In this document: in pieces, positions 41,495-50,887 of the stretch | How positions within the stretch are numbered: the stretch's first letter is position 1 | How the letters are laid out: the number at the start of each line of letters is the position of its first letter | IMG/VR virus record: IMGVR_UViG_3300024502_000010 | Location: 62,001 to 126,000 of that record | DNA: 64,000 nt | Direction: 5' to 3' (one strand) | The notes under the pieces: generated by a model | What the model was told of the DNA's origin: nothing | Seen by the model: only the letters and a program-made list of their open reading frames with translations | Databases searched by the model: none | Program-made: the position numbers and the translations under genes

Positions 41495-43228
41495 CTATGA
41501 ATCCGATTTTAAATCTTCTTGATTTTGTCCAGGAGAAGCAAATGGTTTAGCTGGTTCTGGAGTTATTTTTGTGGTTGGGTTTTGTGCCTTAGAGTCAACT
41601 TCACCAACTCTTGGTTGTTGAGAGTTTGCTGCTGCACCACTTCCATTTTGGATGATAAAATAATCTGATGCAGGACAACTTGGAGTTAACTCACATCCAA
41701 AAATATTTAAAGATATATTTCTGAAACTTAAAGCTGAAGTAATACTTCCAGTTACATCTCCTATTAAATTTTTCTTATCTTTTACAAACTTGGTAATTTC
41801 TCCAATTCCAGACAATATATCATAAAGAAAATTATTCACATTGTCTAATATTTTAGTAACTGTCTTATTTATTTCTGGCATCTGTCCGGATATTATATTT
41901 CCAGTTAATCCTTCTACGGAGCAAATTGGAGTTGTTGGGGTCGATGGTTTTGTTTTTATCGGCAATTCTTTTTTTAATTGACCGTTCAAAAATCCTCTTA
42001 TTTGATCACACAAATTATTGGTTATTTTACTGAATAAACAAGTAATTAATTCGGTTATTCTTTTTTTTACATCAAAATACTTATTCCTTTGATTTGGTGG
42101 TATCAAATTTACAGTTTTTGCTAAAGATTTATTAATCTGTTTCATTATATATTCCATAATCTTATCAAAGATTATTTTCATGTATTTTGCAATTTCACAT
42201 GCAAAATTGTTAATCAATTCTTGTATCTGGCTAAAAATTAAAGAAACTGCATCAACATAACTTTGGACAGCATTCAAAATCTTATCAATATCCTTCGTTA
42301 GGTTTTCTAAAGCAACTTGAATTGCTTTTAATGCAGATTTGACTTTATCGCATGGTGAAAGAATAGCAGTCTTTCTGTGATAATAGTCATTTCTAACAAT
42401 ATCCGCTTTTGACTGCTCATGAACAGCATCTACATTTTCCTTTGTTGCTCCAGGTTTTGTGGGAGATGTTGGAGAATTTGCTGCTTCACATCTTGCCTTA
42501 ATTCCATTTTGAACTGCTGTTTTTACAAAATTAATAAACTCTGGAGTTCCGCGAGTTAGATTTCTTGCCTCTGCTTCAGCAGAAGCACTTTGAATATCTC
42601 TTAATTGGAAAGAAGTTGGTTGCCTATCTCTTCTTAATCCATATTGGTCTACTTGAACTCCCGGTGGAATATCAGCACATTCTTGAGATGTATCTTGGTC
42701 TTTTGGTTTGGTAATTACAAGACCTTCATCCGGAACTTTAATATATGGATCTTTATTACCATCAGCAGGATTTGCATATCCGCTTACAGCAAGACTTCCT
42801 GGTTGAGTGTTTGTTACCTTGCTACCGCCAATTGATGTTGCAAGTTGCGTTTGTGCATTATTACCAAGAACTCCCATGATAACAGGAACTTGCTGATCCT
42901 GTCCATCAAGGAAAAATCCAAAAACAAACATCCCCTGCCTTAATGCAGAGGTTGCTCCTGCATTTGCTTGTCCTCCACCACCAGTCACGGGATACATTAC
43001 CTGTGCCCAAGGAAGGTCTTGAGAACTTATTTCTTCTTCACCTTGATCATGAAGACCTATAATTCTAACTTTATATCTGCGAGATTGTCCAGATATTTGC
43101 TCTTTAGACTCAAATTTGCTTGAGAGCATATTATCTCTCCAAGTGGAATCGCTGGCAATTTGCCCTATCCACCAATTGAAATGTGCTCCAAGAAATCCTG
43201 GATTAAATAAGGTTCCTTCAGACATCAA
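41495..43228 (-). CDS. 5: Baseplate hub subunit gp5-like (N-terminal OB fold)
   Basis: WWIGQI...RYKVRIIGLH...LPWAQV.YPVT...G.FVFGFFLDG.D.QVPVIMG. Confidence 0.8.
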   Translation of the reverse strand: MMSEGTLFNPGFLGAHFNWWIGQIASDSTWRDNMLSSKFESKEQISGQSRRYKVRIIGLHDQGEEEISSQDLPWAQVMYPVTGGGGQANAGATSALRQGMFVFGFFLDGQDQQVPVIMGVLGNNAQTQLATSIGGSKVTNTQPGSLAVSGYANPADGNKDPYIKVPDEGLVITKPKDQDTSQECADIPPGVQVDQYGLRRDRQPTSFQLRDIQSASAEAEARNLTRGTPEFINFVKTAVQNGIKARCEAANSPTSPTKPGATKENVDAVHEQSKADIVRNDYYHRKTAILSPCDKVKSALKAIQVALENLTKDIDKILNAVQSYVDAVSLIFSQIQELINNFACEIAKYMKIIFDKIMEYIMKQINKSLAKTVNLIPPNQRNKYFDVKKRITELITCLFSKITNNLCDQIRGFLNGQLKKELPIKTKPSTPTTPICSVEGLTGNIISGQMPEINKTVTKILDNVNNFLYDILSGIGEITKFVKDKKNLIGDVTGSITSALSFRNISLNIFGCELTPSCPASDYFIIQNGSGAAANSQQPRVGEVDSKAQNPTTKITPEPAKPFASPGQNQEDLKSDS

Positions 43229-43437
43229 TCCTCGTAAATTCTACATTCCAGAGCATTTGGGTTATCATTACAATAAAGTTCTAACCCAGTAGGGTCATGA
43301 TCATCATCTGGATGGTTTTTAACCCATCTTTCTAAAGATTCTAATTCATCTTGAGCATGTCTTCTTGATTGCGAAGACACTGTTGGGTCGTCAAGAATTT
43401 TTCTGTCATGCTTAATGTGTTGTTCTACATTATCCAT
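43225..43437 (-). CDS. cp12: CP12 Calvin-cycle inhibitor (auxiliary metabolic gene)
   Basis: C-terminal PTGLELYCNDNPNALECRIYED with the C-terminal Cys pair. Confidence 0.9.
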   Translation of the reverse strand: MDNVEQHIKHDRKILDDPTVSSQSRRHAQDELESLERWVKNHPDDDHDPTGLELYCNDNPNALECRIYED

Positions 43438-43473
43438 AGTAGAATTTTTTTATGCTATTACTATTTAACAACT

Positions 43474-44865
43474 TTATATTGCATTATAAGATGGACTTCC
43501 CCTTTTTCCTAAAGAATCTCTAACTAAAGTTAACTTAGTATAACCACCATCCTTTAAACTTAAATAATGGCATAGTTCAGCAATAACATAAAACCCGCCA
43601 AATTGTTTATTAAGTTCTTGAGTATCCTTGCTTGATAGTTCTGGAGAGTCAATGAAAATTAAATCGCCCGCATGTAAACTAAAATCTGCACTAATTGTTA
43701 TTGTAACCTTAGTTGAAAAAAACTGATTATATCTCATCACAGATTGATTCAAAATATTTTTTGGATCAAAATTTGGATCTCTTGATTTATTAATTTGCTC
43801 AGAAACTGGACCAGTTGGCAATGTTCCCCTGTCAATTAGCATGTACTGTGTTCTTGTAAAATCTTTATTTTTTCCATCTCTAAAAAATTCACTATTATAC
43901 TTTGGAAATTCTTTACCAGCTTTTTGCAAATTTGATTCTGAACCAGGAGTTCCACTTGAATTCGCATTTGCATTTATGACTTGATAGTAACAATTAAATG
44001 GATCGAATAAAATTGTCCTCGTTGAGTAAGATCCTATCTCAAATTTGGACTGAACATTTCCTGTAGCGGTGTCAATATTATGTTCTAATATCTTTCCATC
44101 ATATCCTGAAGGAACATTTGCTCCCCTACTATCAGGTGTTTGATTAAATATTAAACTTTTATAATTTTTTTTAGAACCAGAAGGAGTATTCTCCGACAAG
44201 AGATTTTCTATTGATTTGAATTTAAATCCATCTGAGGTCTCATAGAAAAAGAAACCTGCACTATTTCCTATTGCCGTTTGTAGTTTTGGAATTGATTTTT
44301 TAGCAAGCCAAAGTAAAACATAAAAAGGTCTGCGATTATTTCCTATAAAATTATAATTATTCTCGGTTTCTTCTATATCTACATTTTTTTGAGTTCCAAG
44401 ATATTTTGATTCCGTTAATATTTTCCTAACATGGTCAGATATTTTGCCATCAAACCGAGAGTTAACTACTGTTTTATAGTTAAAAATAGATTCCTTAGAA
44501 ACAAGATTTAAAGAAACTACAGTTCTTTGAGTATCTTGACCAATTGGTTTTATATTGTCAATATACAAGTCTAATTTTAATTCAACATCATTTGGATCAG
44601 TCATCTTAATTGTTGCTTTTTCAGTTCCAACTAAAGGCATACCCTCAATCAAAGTCTTATACGCATTTTCTGATTCTACAGTCTTACCACTTTCAACATA
44701 CATCAAATCCAATTTGATAGCTGGATTTAAAATACTTTCATAATAATATAAGTCAGTAATTATTTTTGAGATATCCTTTTTCTTAGACTTATTATTAGAT
44801 TCAATAAGAAACTGTTTAATATTATAATCTCTGGATTGTGCAACAGTAATTGGTGTATTTGCCAT
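43474..44865 (-). CDS. Baseplate hub/tail protein (gp27-like position)
   Basis: Y.ESIL.P, GFFFYET.DGFKFKSI, GDF.LHAGD.I, G.Y.IAELCH, T.LTLVRDS motifs; synteny with gp5. Confidence 0.6.
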   Translation of the reverse strand: MANTPITVAQSRDYNIKQFLIESNNKSKKKDISKIITDLYYYESILNPAIKLDLMYVESGKTVESENAYKTLIEGMPLVGTEKATIKMTDPNDVELKLDLYIDNIKPIGQDTQRTVVSLNLVSKESIFNYKTVVNSRFDGKISDHVRKILTESKYLGTQKNVDIEETENNYNFIGNNRRPFYVLLWLAKKSIPKLQTAIGNSAGFFFYETSDGFKFKSIENLLSENTPSGSKKNYKSLIFNQTPDSRGANVPSGYDGKILEHNIDTATGNVQSKFEIGSYSTRTILFDPFNCYYQVINANANSSGTPGSESNLQKAGKEFPKYNSEFFRDGKNKDFTRTQYMLIDRGTLPTGPVSEQINKSRDPNFDPKNILNQSVMRYNQFFSTKVTITISADFSLHAGDLIFIDSPELSSKDTQELNKQFGGFYVIAELCHYLSLKDGGYTKLTLVRDSLGKRGSPSYNAI

Positions 44866-44893
44866 GCTTCTGTATGTTCTATATTAGTATTTA

Positions 44894-47782
44894 CTACATG
44901 AAAAGTATGTCTTTAGATGGATCTTCACTTCCACTAATATAAGAGGAATTTTTTGGTGGTGAAGGCAATACTCTTGGCGGAACAACGGCAGTTATTGGTT
45001 GTTCTGGAACATGATACATATAATCTTCCTCAGTTTCTGGAAATCCATCTTCGGTATATTGACTCAACATGGATATTAAACTTTCTGATGCTCTTTTTCT
45101 TTGAGAAACAGTTTCTGTCTTATTAATCAAATCATAAAATGGAATTCCAAATAGTTTAACGGAATCAGCATCAACAACATATTCTCCTGGGTGCGTGACT
45201 GCATAATCGGTTTTTCTAATTAAACCACCATGTTCATAAGCAACATGCACATGATCACTGTGTTCAGATGGTTCATTTCTTGCATGTAGTAGTTGAACTG
45301 GTTTAACACCTTTCATTTTATTAAACTCTGCGATAGCAGCAAGAATCGGACCTTGTTCATAAGCATACGCACCTAAATCAATTGCTCTACCTTGATAATG
45401 GTAAGAGTTTGCAGCGTGTCTACCAAGAACTCCACCAAATTCTGGATGCTCATGAATACTTCCCGGAACAACACCCAATTTCTGAACATATCTTCCAAGT
45501 TCTCCTGCAATCTTACTACCAAGACTTCCATATCCTTTTCCGAGGTCTAAACCACCCATACCTTCAGCACCAGAAGTTGGTGCGGTATCGACTTCTCTTT
45601 TTTGTTTTAATTTAGAATAATCTTCCGCTGTTCCATGTATTTGGTCTTTTCCACCTCTAAATCCACCATAAAAGTAAAATCCATACTTTCTAACCAATTC
45701 ATTTAACTTTTCATTAATACCACCATTTTTCTGACTGAATGTATCAGAAACTCCAAGAACTCTAACTTTTGCTCCTATAGATTTTAAATATGAAAGTTGA
45801 GATTCAACAGAAGAAAAGTCATCCTTAGAATTTGCAATGCCAGTTGAAAGGTCAATCAATTTCCCCTGAAGGGCATCGCCTTTTGCTTTTAAAATCTTTA
45901 AAACATTTGCCGCACTCCTGCCAACTTGAGTGTCGTCACTATCAGTTCCCTTTCCACTCCTACCGGCAAATCCATGTGCTATACTATCACCAATAACAAA
46001 TTGTGCTTGTCCACCAAATTGTGCGAGTGGATTTTCTTGGGTGTCCCCTACTTTTTGTGCGGAAGGACTTACTGCCCCACCTTGTGTGCTATTTGCCTTC
46101 AGTGTTAATTGATTTGATAAATTAGATATAATTGAATTAATTGGATCAGTAATAGCATCTTTTACTATAGAACTAATCCAATTTGATATATCAATAGGTC
46201 CTGTCTTATCACTGATTACTCCACCTTTAACATCTGGAGATTTTGCAGTATCTAAAATATCATTCAGAAGATTATTAAGACCTACACCAACTGCTTTAAA
46301 ATCACTCTCTGGTGGTTTGTCTCCCATTAAAGTTTTAACACTCATTTCAAGCAAAGGATGTACAAATTTTGTAGTGCCAACAATATCATAAGATTTTTCT
46401 AAGTATTCGTATGGATTTGTTATACTGACATCAGAAAAATTCTGATAGAAAGTTGATATTTTTGTATTAGTTGAATTTTGATATGGAGATAAACCTCCAA
46501 CATCAACACCAGGCTGTAGCGGAGAAGTTGAAATAACCTCAGTTCTTCTTGCCTTAACTCCTTTACCTGCTGTTCTTGTGACTGCCCCCATATACATTCC
46601 GCCTCTGGTAACCTCTCCTCCTTCAGCGTATCCCATTGCTTCTGTGGCACCTTTACCATATAAACTTCCAAAAGAACCTTTCTTTTTAGCAAGAAGTCCA
46701 AAACTAAGAACATTAACCATTTGTCTTAGTTGCTCTCTAATTCTGGCATCAAGTTTTCCAAGATTCTCTCTTTGGGTTCTTATTCCTTTACTATCCCCCA
46801 TTAAGGACATCACCGCAAAATTTATTAACTCAACTGCATATCTAAAGGGAGCACCAATAATATCAAGCAATGTTCCTATACCGGTAGAAAGAAAATTATA
46901 AAATCTGAGTCCGGGAATAGCAAATGTATTGTAAAAAGCAAGTTTGGCTGACCTCGTAATGAGATTTGGATCTTTTTGTGCTTCCTCCACTTTCTTGTAA
47001 GCATCTGATTCAAGTTTTGTAGTAAATTTTCTCTGTTGAAAAAGTAATTCACCAACAAGAGATGATGCAAGTCCAACGAGACCAACAACTCCGACAGTGG
47101 AGCTTGCTATTCTTTGAGCAATAGCTTGCATAGAAGCTCTAAATCCTTGCCTTTTAACAACCTCTTGAGTAACTTTTTCTTGAATAGTATCAACTGCTTG
47201 CCTTTGAACACCTGACTGAGAATCGATTTCAATCAGATCGGAAAAAAGCATTCCAGCAATAAGCATGGAATTCATTACATTTTTTGCGGTCCCTAATGCT
47301 TTCTCATAATTTTGTAGACCTTTATCGCCACCTAATAATTTTGCTTGTTTTTTACCAAAATCAACTATCTGATAAACTTTATCGACAAATGTGACAAATG
47401 AATTTAGTAATGCACCAGAAAACTGAAGAATGAAATCACTAAACTTCATTGCACCCACCAAAACACCTTTTAGTTTTGGTGCATGGGGTAAAAGTTTAAT
47501 TGCAAATGCCCCTAAAAGAACTTTGAATAGGAAATTTTTTACAACATCAAGAAATCCAAGTTTTTTGACAGGCATCTTAGTGGATACTTGTCTTTCAGAA
47601 CTATCCGTTGTATCCTCTAATTTTCTTTCCTTTTCTTCAAATCTCTTTCTTTCGTTCAGTAAATTTTGACGCTTGAACGCAATATCCTTAAATTTGTTTT
47701 TTTGTCCAACAAGTTTTTCGACTCGAACTACTTGCTTTTTAAGTATGAAAGTTGTTGGATTCTTGAGTGTAATGTATGCCAT
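44894..47782 (-). CDS. Tail-associated protein with SGNH-like and M15-like peptidase domains
   Basis: FVIGDSIAHG; SYHYQGRAID and HSDHVHV; GEYVVD C-terminus; scaffold paralogous to 47787-50885. Confidence 0.65.
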   Translation of the reverse strand: MAYITLKNPTTFILKKQVVRVEKLVGQKNKFKDIAFKRQNLLNERKRFEEKERKLEDTTDSSERQVSTKMPVKKLGFLDVVKNFLFKVLLGAFAIKLLPHAPKLKGVLVGAMKFSDFILQFSGALLNSFVTFVDKVYQIVDFGKKQAKLLGGDKGLQNYEKALGTAKNVMNSMLIAGMLFSDLIEIDSQSGVQRQAVDTIQEKVTQEVVKRQGFRASMQAIAQRIASSTVGVVGLVGLASSLVGELLFQQRKFTTKLESDAYKKVEEAQKDPNLITRSAKLAFYNTFAIPGLRFYNFLSTGIGTLLDIIGAPFRYAVELINFAVMSLMGDSKGIRTQRENLGKLDARIREQLRQMVNVLSFGLLAKKKGSFGSLYGKGATEAMGYAEGGEVTRGGMYMGAVTRTAGKGVKARRTEVISTSPLQPGVDVGGLSPYQNSTNTKISTFYQNFSDVSITNPYEYLEKSYDIVGTTKFVHPLLEMSVKTLMGDKPPESDFKAVGVGLNNLLNDILDTAKSPDVKGGVISDKTGPIDISNWISSIVKDAITDPINSIISNLSNQLTLKANSTQGGAVSPSAQKVGDTQENPLAQFGGQAQFVIGDSIAHGFAGRSGKGTDSDDTQVGRSAANVLKILKAKGDALQGKLIDLSTGIANSKDDFSSVESQLSYLKSIGAKVRVLGVSDTFSQKNGGINEKLNELVRKYGFYFYGGFRGGKDQIHGTAEDYSKLKQKREVDTAPTSGAEGMGGLDLGKGYGSLGSKIAGELGRYVQKLGVVPGSIHEHPEFGGVLGRHAANSYHYQGRAIDLGAYAYEQGPILAAIAEFNKMKGVKPVQLLHARNEPSEHSDHVHVAYEHGGLIRKTDYAVTHPGEYVVDADSVKLFGIPFYDLINKTETVSQRKRASESLISMLSQYTEDGFPETEEDYMYHVPEQPITAVVPPRVLPSPPKNSSYISGSEDPSKDILFM

Positions 47783-47786
47783 TTAC

Positions 47787-50700
47787 TTATCCTCTCATAC
47801 TTAGTATGTCTTGTTCCCAATTAATTTCTTCATCAATAATTGTAGTAGAGGACTGAGGTTTGGTCAGAATCGAAGGAGACATTATAAAGTCCACTTCACT
47901 ATTATCAACGATTATTTCTGGTCTTTGGTCTATTTTTCTACCGGTATATTTACTCAAATGCTTTATCAGTTGAGATGATTTTTCATTTCTTTGTTTTTCA
48001 TTCTCAATGCCATTGATCATACTGAAGAATTGGACTCCACCAAACAAATCAACAGAATCTTTATCAATCACATATTCACCTTCGTGCAATAGTCTAATAC
48101 CACCAGATAAAGTAGGTCCACCACTCTGACGAGAAGAACTTAACATAGATTTAACTTCAAGATAATTCAAGAATGAAGTTTGATTTCTGTCGCCCACATA
48201 ACCAACATGAACATGAGGAACTTTATTTGCTACACCAGATAATCCAAGCGGAGTTCCTGCATTTATTTTGATTCCCGATTTATTCTTAACAGCACTCGAT
48301 AGTTCATACAAGTGAGTTGCATAAAAGAAATTAACTGTTTTGCCTTTGTGTGAAAAAGGTTTATCCAATTTTATTCTTACACTATGCTGATCTTGTTGAC
48401 CGGGCATATTTGGATTTGCATCTTGACCCATTTGAGCAACATGTCCACGCTCTGCATACTCTAAAATTCCACTAACAGATGCAACAACTTTTGAACCTAT
48501 AGGCGTTAAAATATCAAGACCAGTATCAGCAGCATATCCTCCTTTATTTGAAGCAATATTCTGAGAAGGAACTGGGTTTACAACACCAGAAATTGAAGTA
48601 GAGACACTCTCTGCACCCATATTTAATCCACTACCATCAGGAGTTTCTGGGTCACAAATGCAAGGATCTACATTTGCGGCAGGGGAACCTGGTGCTATTT
48701 TTGCAGTTGACGGACCTGCACCTTTTTTTATTTGTGCCAATCGTGCCATAAAATTAGATCTTGACATACCAGCCCTATTTCCACCAGCGTGTCTGTCAGG
48801 ATATGTTCCACCACTACTATGGGGAAGACCTCTCCAAGTCGCAGAAAGACGATTACCAAACTCTTCATCACTCATCTGACCACTTCTCCACCTTGAAAAT
48901 CCATGTCCAGAATATAACATTTTTAATGCTGTTCTATCTTGCAATTCTGGCGTAAACTTATCACTTCCTTTACCACCAGCTGCAACTACACGCTCTAAAA
49001 GATATTCTGGCATTTGTTGATATCTACCAACAGCACCATTTGCATTTGATGCCAACCAAGAAACACTCATTTGAGTTGGTTTTCCTGCAGTTGCACCGCG
49101 AGAAACATTAAATGCATCATATTCTTTAGGTCCAGATTCGACTGAAGCAATCAAATCTAAAATTGCTTTATCAATTGCATCTCCAGCAACAGCAAACCCG
49201 CTACCAGTATCGCAAGCAGCAGCACAAGCATCCGCACTTGTTTCTTCAGCAACACCCGGTGGAGGAAGAAGACCTAATTGAATTCTAAGTTGATTTTGTA
49301 TCTGAGAAAATTTGTCCTGCAAACTTTTTGAGATTTCTTGTTCGATAATATTCTTAAATTCATCAGTTCCTAAAGATGTGTATATTTGATTATACGCTTG
49401 CCTATTTTCTTCATAAACTCCGGATAATAATAAAGAGGACAATGAACCACTTGCATTAGAATAATCTCTATTCGTAATTCTATCTCCAAGAATGGATTTT
49501 ACAGTTAACCCCATTAAAGGTCCAATTGAACCACCATCATATAAACTTTCATAAGAAGAAATCATATAGTTATATTGATTCATTCTATCATTTTCTTTTG
49601 GATATGGAAAAATCTGTGTCATCATTCCAGTTCCGCCTATTGCAGATCCAGGTTGCAATGAACTCGATTGTGGATTGAATGTTCTTGGTATTTCTACTTT
49701 TTTACCTTTATTATTTTGAGTATATCCACCCCCAGCAAATTTTTTAACTACTAACCCACCACTATAATATCCCATATCTTTAACTGCTTTCTGCCCATAC
49801 AAACTTCCAAATGACCCAGGAGTTTGTAGTTTATTGGCAACGCTATCCATTTTGAAGAATGAGAAAAGAGGAGCAAATACAGATAGACCCTCTCTTATAT
49901 TGTCTCGCACTCTTGCATCAAACTTTCCCAAATTTTTATTTTGTTCTTCAAGTCCTCTTTTATCATTATTAATTTTCATTGCTGCAGCACGAATCAACTC
50001 AACACCGTATCTAAAAGGAGCACCAATAATATCCAGAAGAGTTCCAACACTACTTAAGAATGCTATCGGAACTTTAAACATTGCGGAGAGAACACCGAAT
50101 TGGTTCAATCCTTTGGAATATTTTTTAATTTGATATATTCCTTCACCTAAAGCCGAGGATAATAGACCTGCGCCAAGAACTATTCCAGCAGCACCCAAAG
50201 GTCCAATTGCTGCTCGTGCTGCTACCTTTGATCCTTCTTCTGCCGCTTTTGCTGCTGCTTCTCCTTTTATCTTTTGTTGAATAATATCGGTGCCAGATTC
50301 TATTGCTTGACTTGCTGCAGGTATTCCACTACCAACTCCACCAAAATCACTGAATATCATTCCGGCAATCATGATAGAATTCATTAAAGAATTCGCTTGA
50401 TTGTTCAATCCATCCAAAGAATCAACTGCTTTTTGTCCGCCAATAGTCTTTACTAATTTTCTTGCATGTTCGGCTGCTTGATATCCTTTATCTACAAATG
50501 TGACTAATCCATTTAATAATTTGCCACTCATATCAAGAATAAAATCACTGACCTTAAACATTGTGGTCAATAATCCCATCATTTGTGGAAGATATTTTAA
50601 CAGACGAACTGCTACAAATCCTAATAAAACATTAACAATAAATTGTTTTAAGGAATCTAAGAAACCAAGTTTTTTTCCTATCTTCTTTATTGGTTTTCCT

Positions 50701-50885
50701 ATAAACTTTAATGTTTTTTCAAGTCTTGATTCATAATCAATAAATCTTTCTCTTTCAGAATTTTTTCTCTTATCATCAATACTTTTTTTCTGAGTAATTA
50801 ATGATGACTTAATAAGTTTTTCCTTTGCAACAAATTGTCCCTTTACGGATTTAAGAGTTGTTGTGAATGGAGAAACTATTTTCAT
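47787..50885 (-). CDS. Tail-associated protein with lysozyme-like and M23-like domains
   Basis: ILDLIASVESG...AVGRYQ.MP...F.PELQD...W.GLP lysozyme-like; DTGLDI..P.G..V.A...G and PHVHVG M23-like. Confidence 0.7.
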   Translation of the reverse strand: MKIVSPFTTTLKSVKGQFVAKEKLIKSSLITQKKSIDDKRKNSERERFIDYESRLEKTLKFIGKPIKKIGKKLGFLDSLKQFIVNVLLGFVAVRLLKYLPQMMGLLTTMFKVSDFILDMSGKLLNGLVTFVDKGYQAAEHARKLVKTIGGQKAVDSLDGLNNQANSLMNSIMIAGMIFSDFGGVGSGIPAASQAIESGTDIIQQKIKGEAAAKAAEEGSKVAARAAIGPLGAAGIVLGAGLLSSALGEGIYQIKKYSKGLNQFGVLSAMFKVPIAFLSSVGTLLDIIGAPFRYGVELIRAAAMKINNDKRGLEEQNKNLGKFDARVRDNIREGLSVFAPLFSFFKMDSVANKLQTPGSFGSLYGQKAVKDMGYYSGGLVVKKFAGGGYTQNNKGKKVEIPRTFNPQSSSLQPGSAIGGTGMMTQIFPYPKENDRMNQYNYMISSYESLYDGGSIGPLMGLTVKSILGDRITNRDYSNASGSLSSLLLSGVYEENRQAYNQIYTSLGTDEFKNIIEQEISKSLQDKFSQIQNQLRIQLGLLPPPGVAEETSADACAAACDTGSGFAVAGDAIDKAILDLIASVESGPKEYDAFNVSRGATAGKPTQMSVSWLASNANGAVGRYQQMPEYLLERVVAAGGKGSDKFTPELQDRTALKMLYSGHGFSRWRSGQMSDEEFGNRLSATWRGLPHSSGGTYPDRHAGGNRAGMSRSNFMARLAQIKKGAGPSTAKIAPGSPAANVDPCICDPETPDGSGLNMGAESVSTSISGVVNPVPSQNIASNKGGYAADTGLDILTPIGSKVVASVSGILEYAERGHVAQMGQDANPNMPGQQDQHSVRIKLDKPFSHKGKTVNFFYATHLYELSSAVKNKSGIKINAGTPLGLSGVANKVPHVHVGYVGDRNQTSFLNYLEVKSMLSSSRQSGGPTLSGGIRLLHEGEYVIDKDSVDLFGGVQFFSMINGIENEKQRNEKSSQLIKHLSKYTGRKIDQRPEIIVDNSEVDFIMSPSILTKPQSSTTIIDEEINWEQDILSMRG

Positions 50886-50887
50886 TT

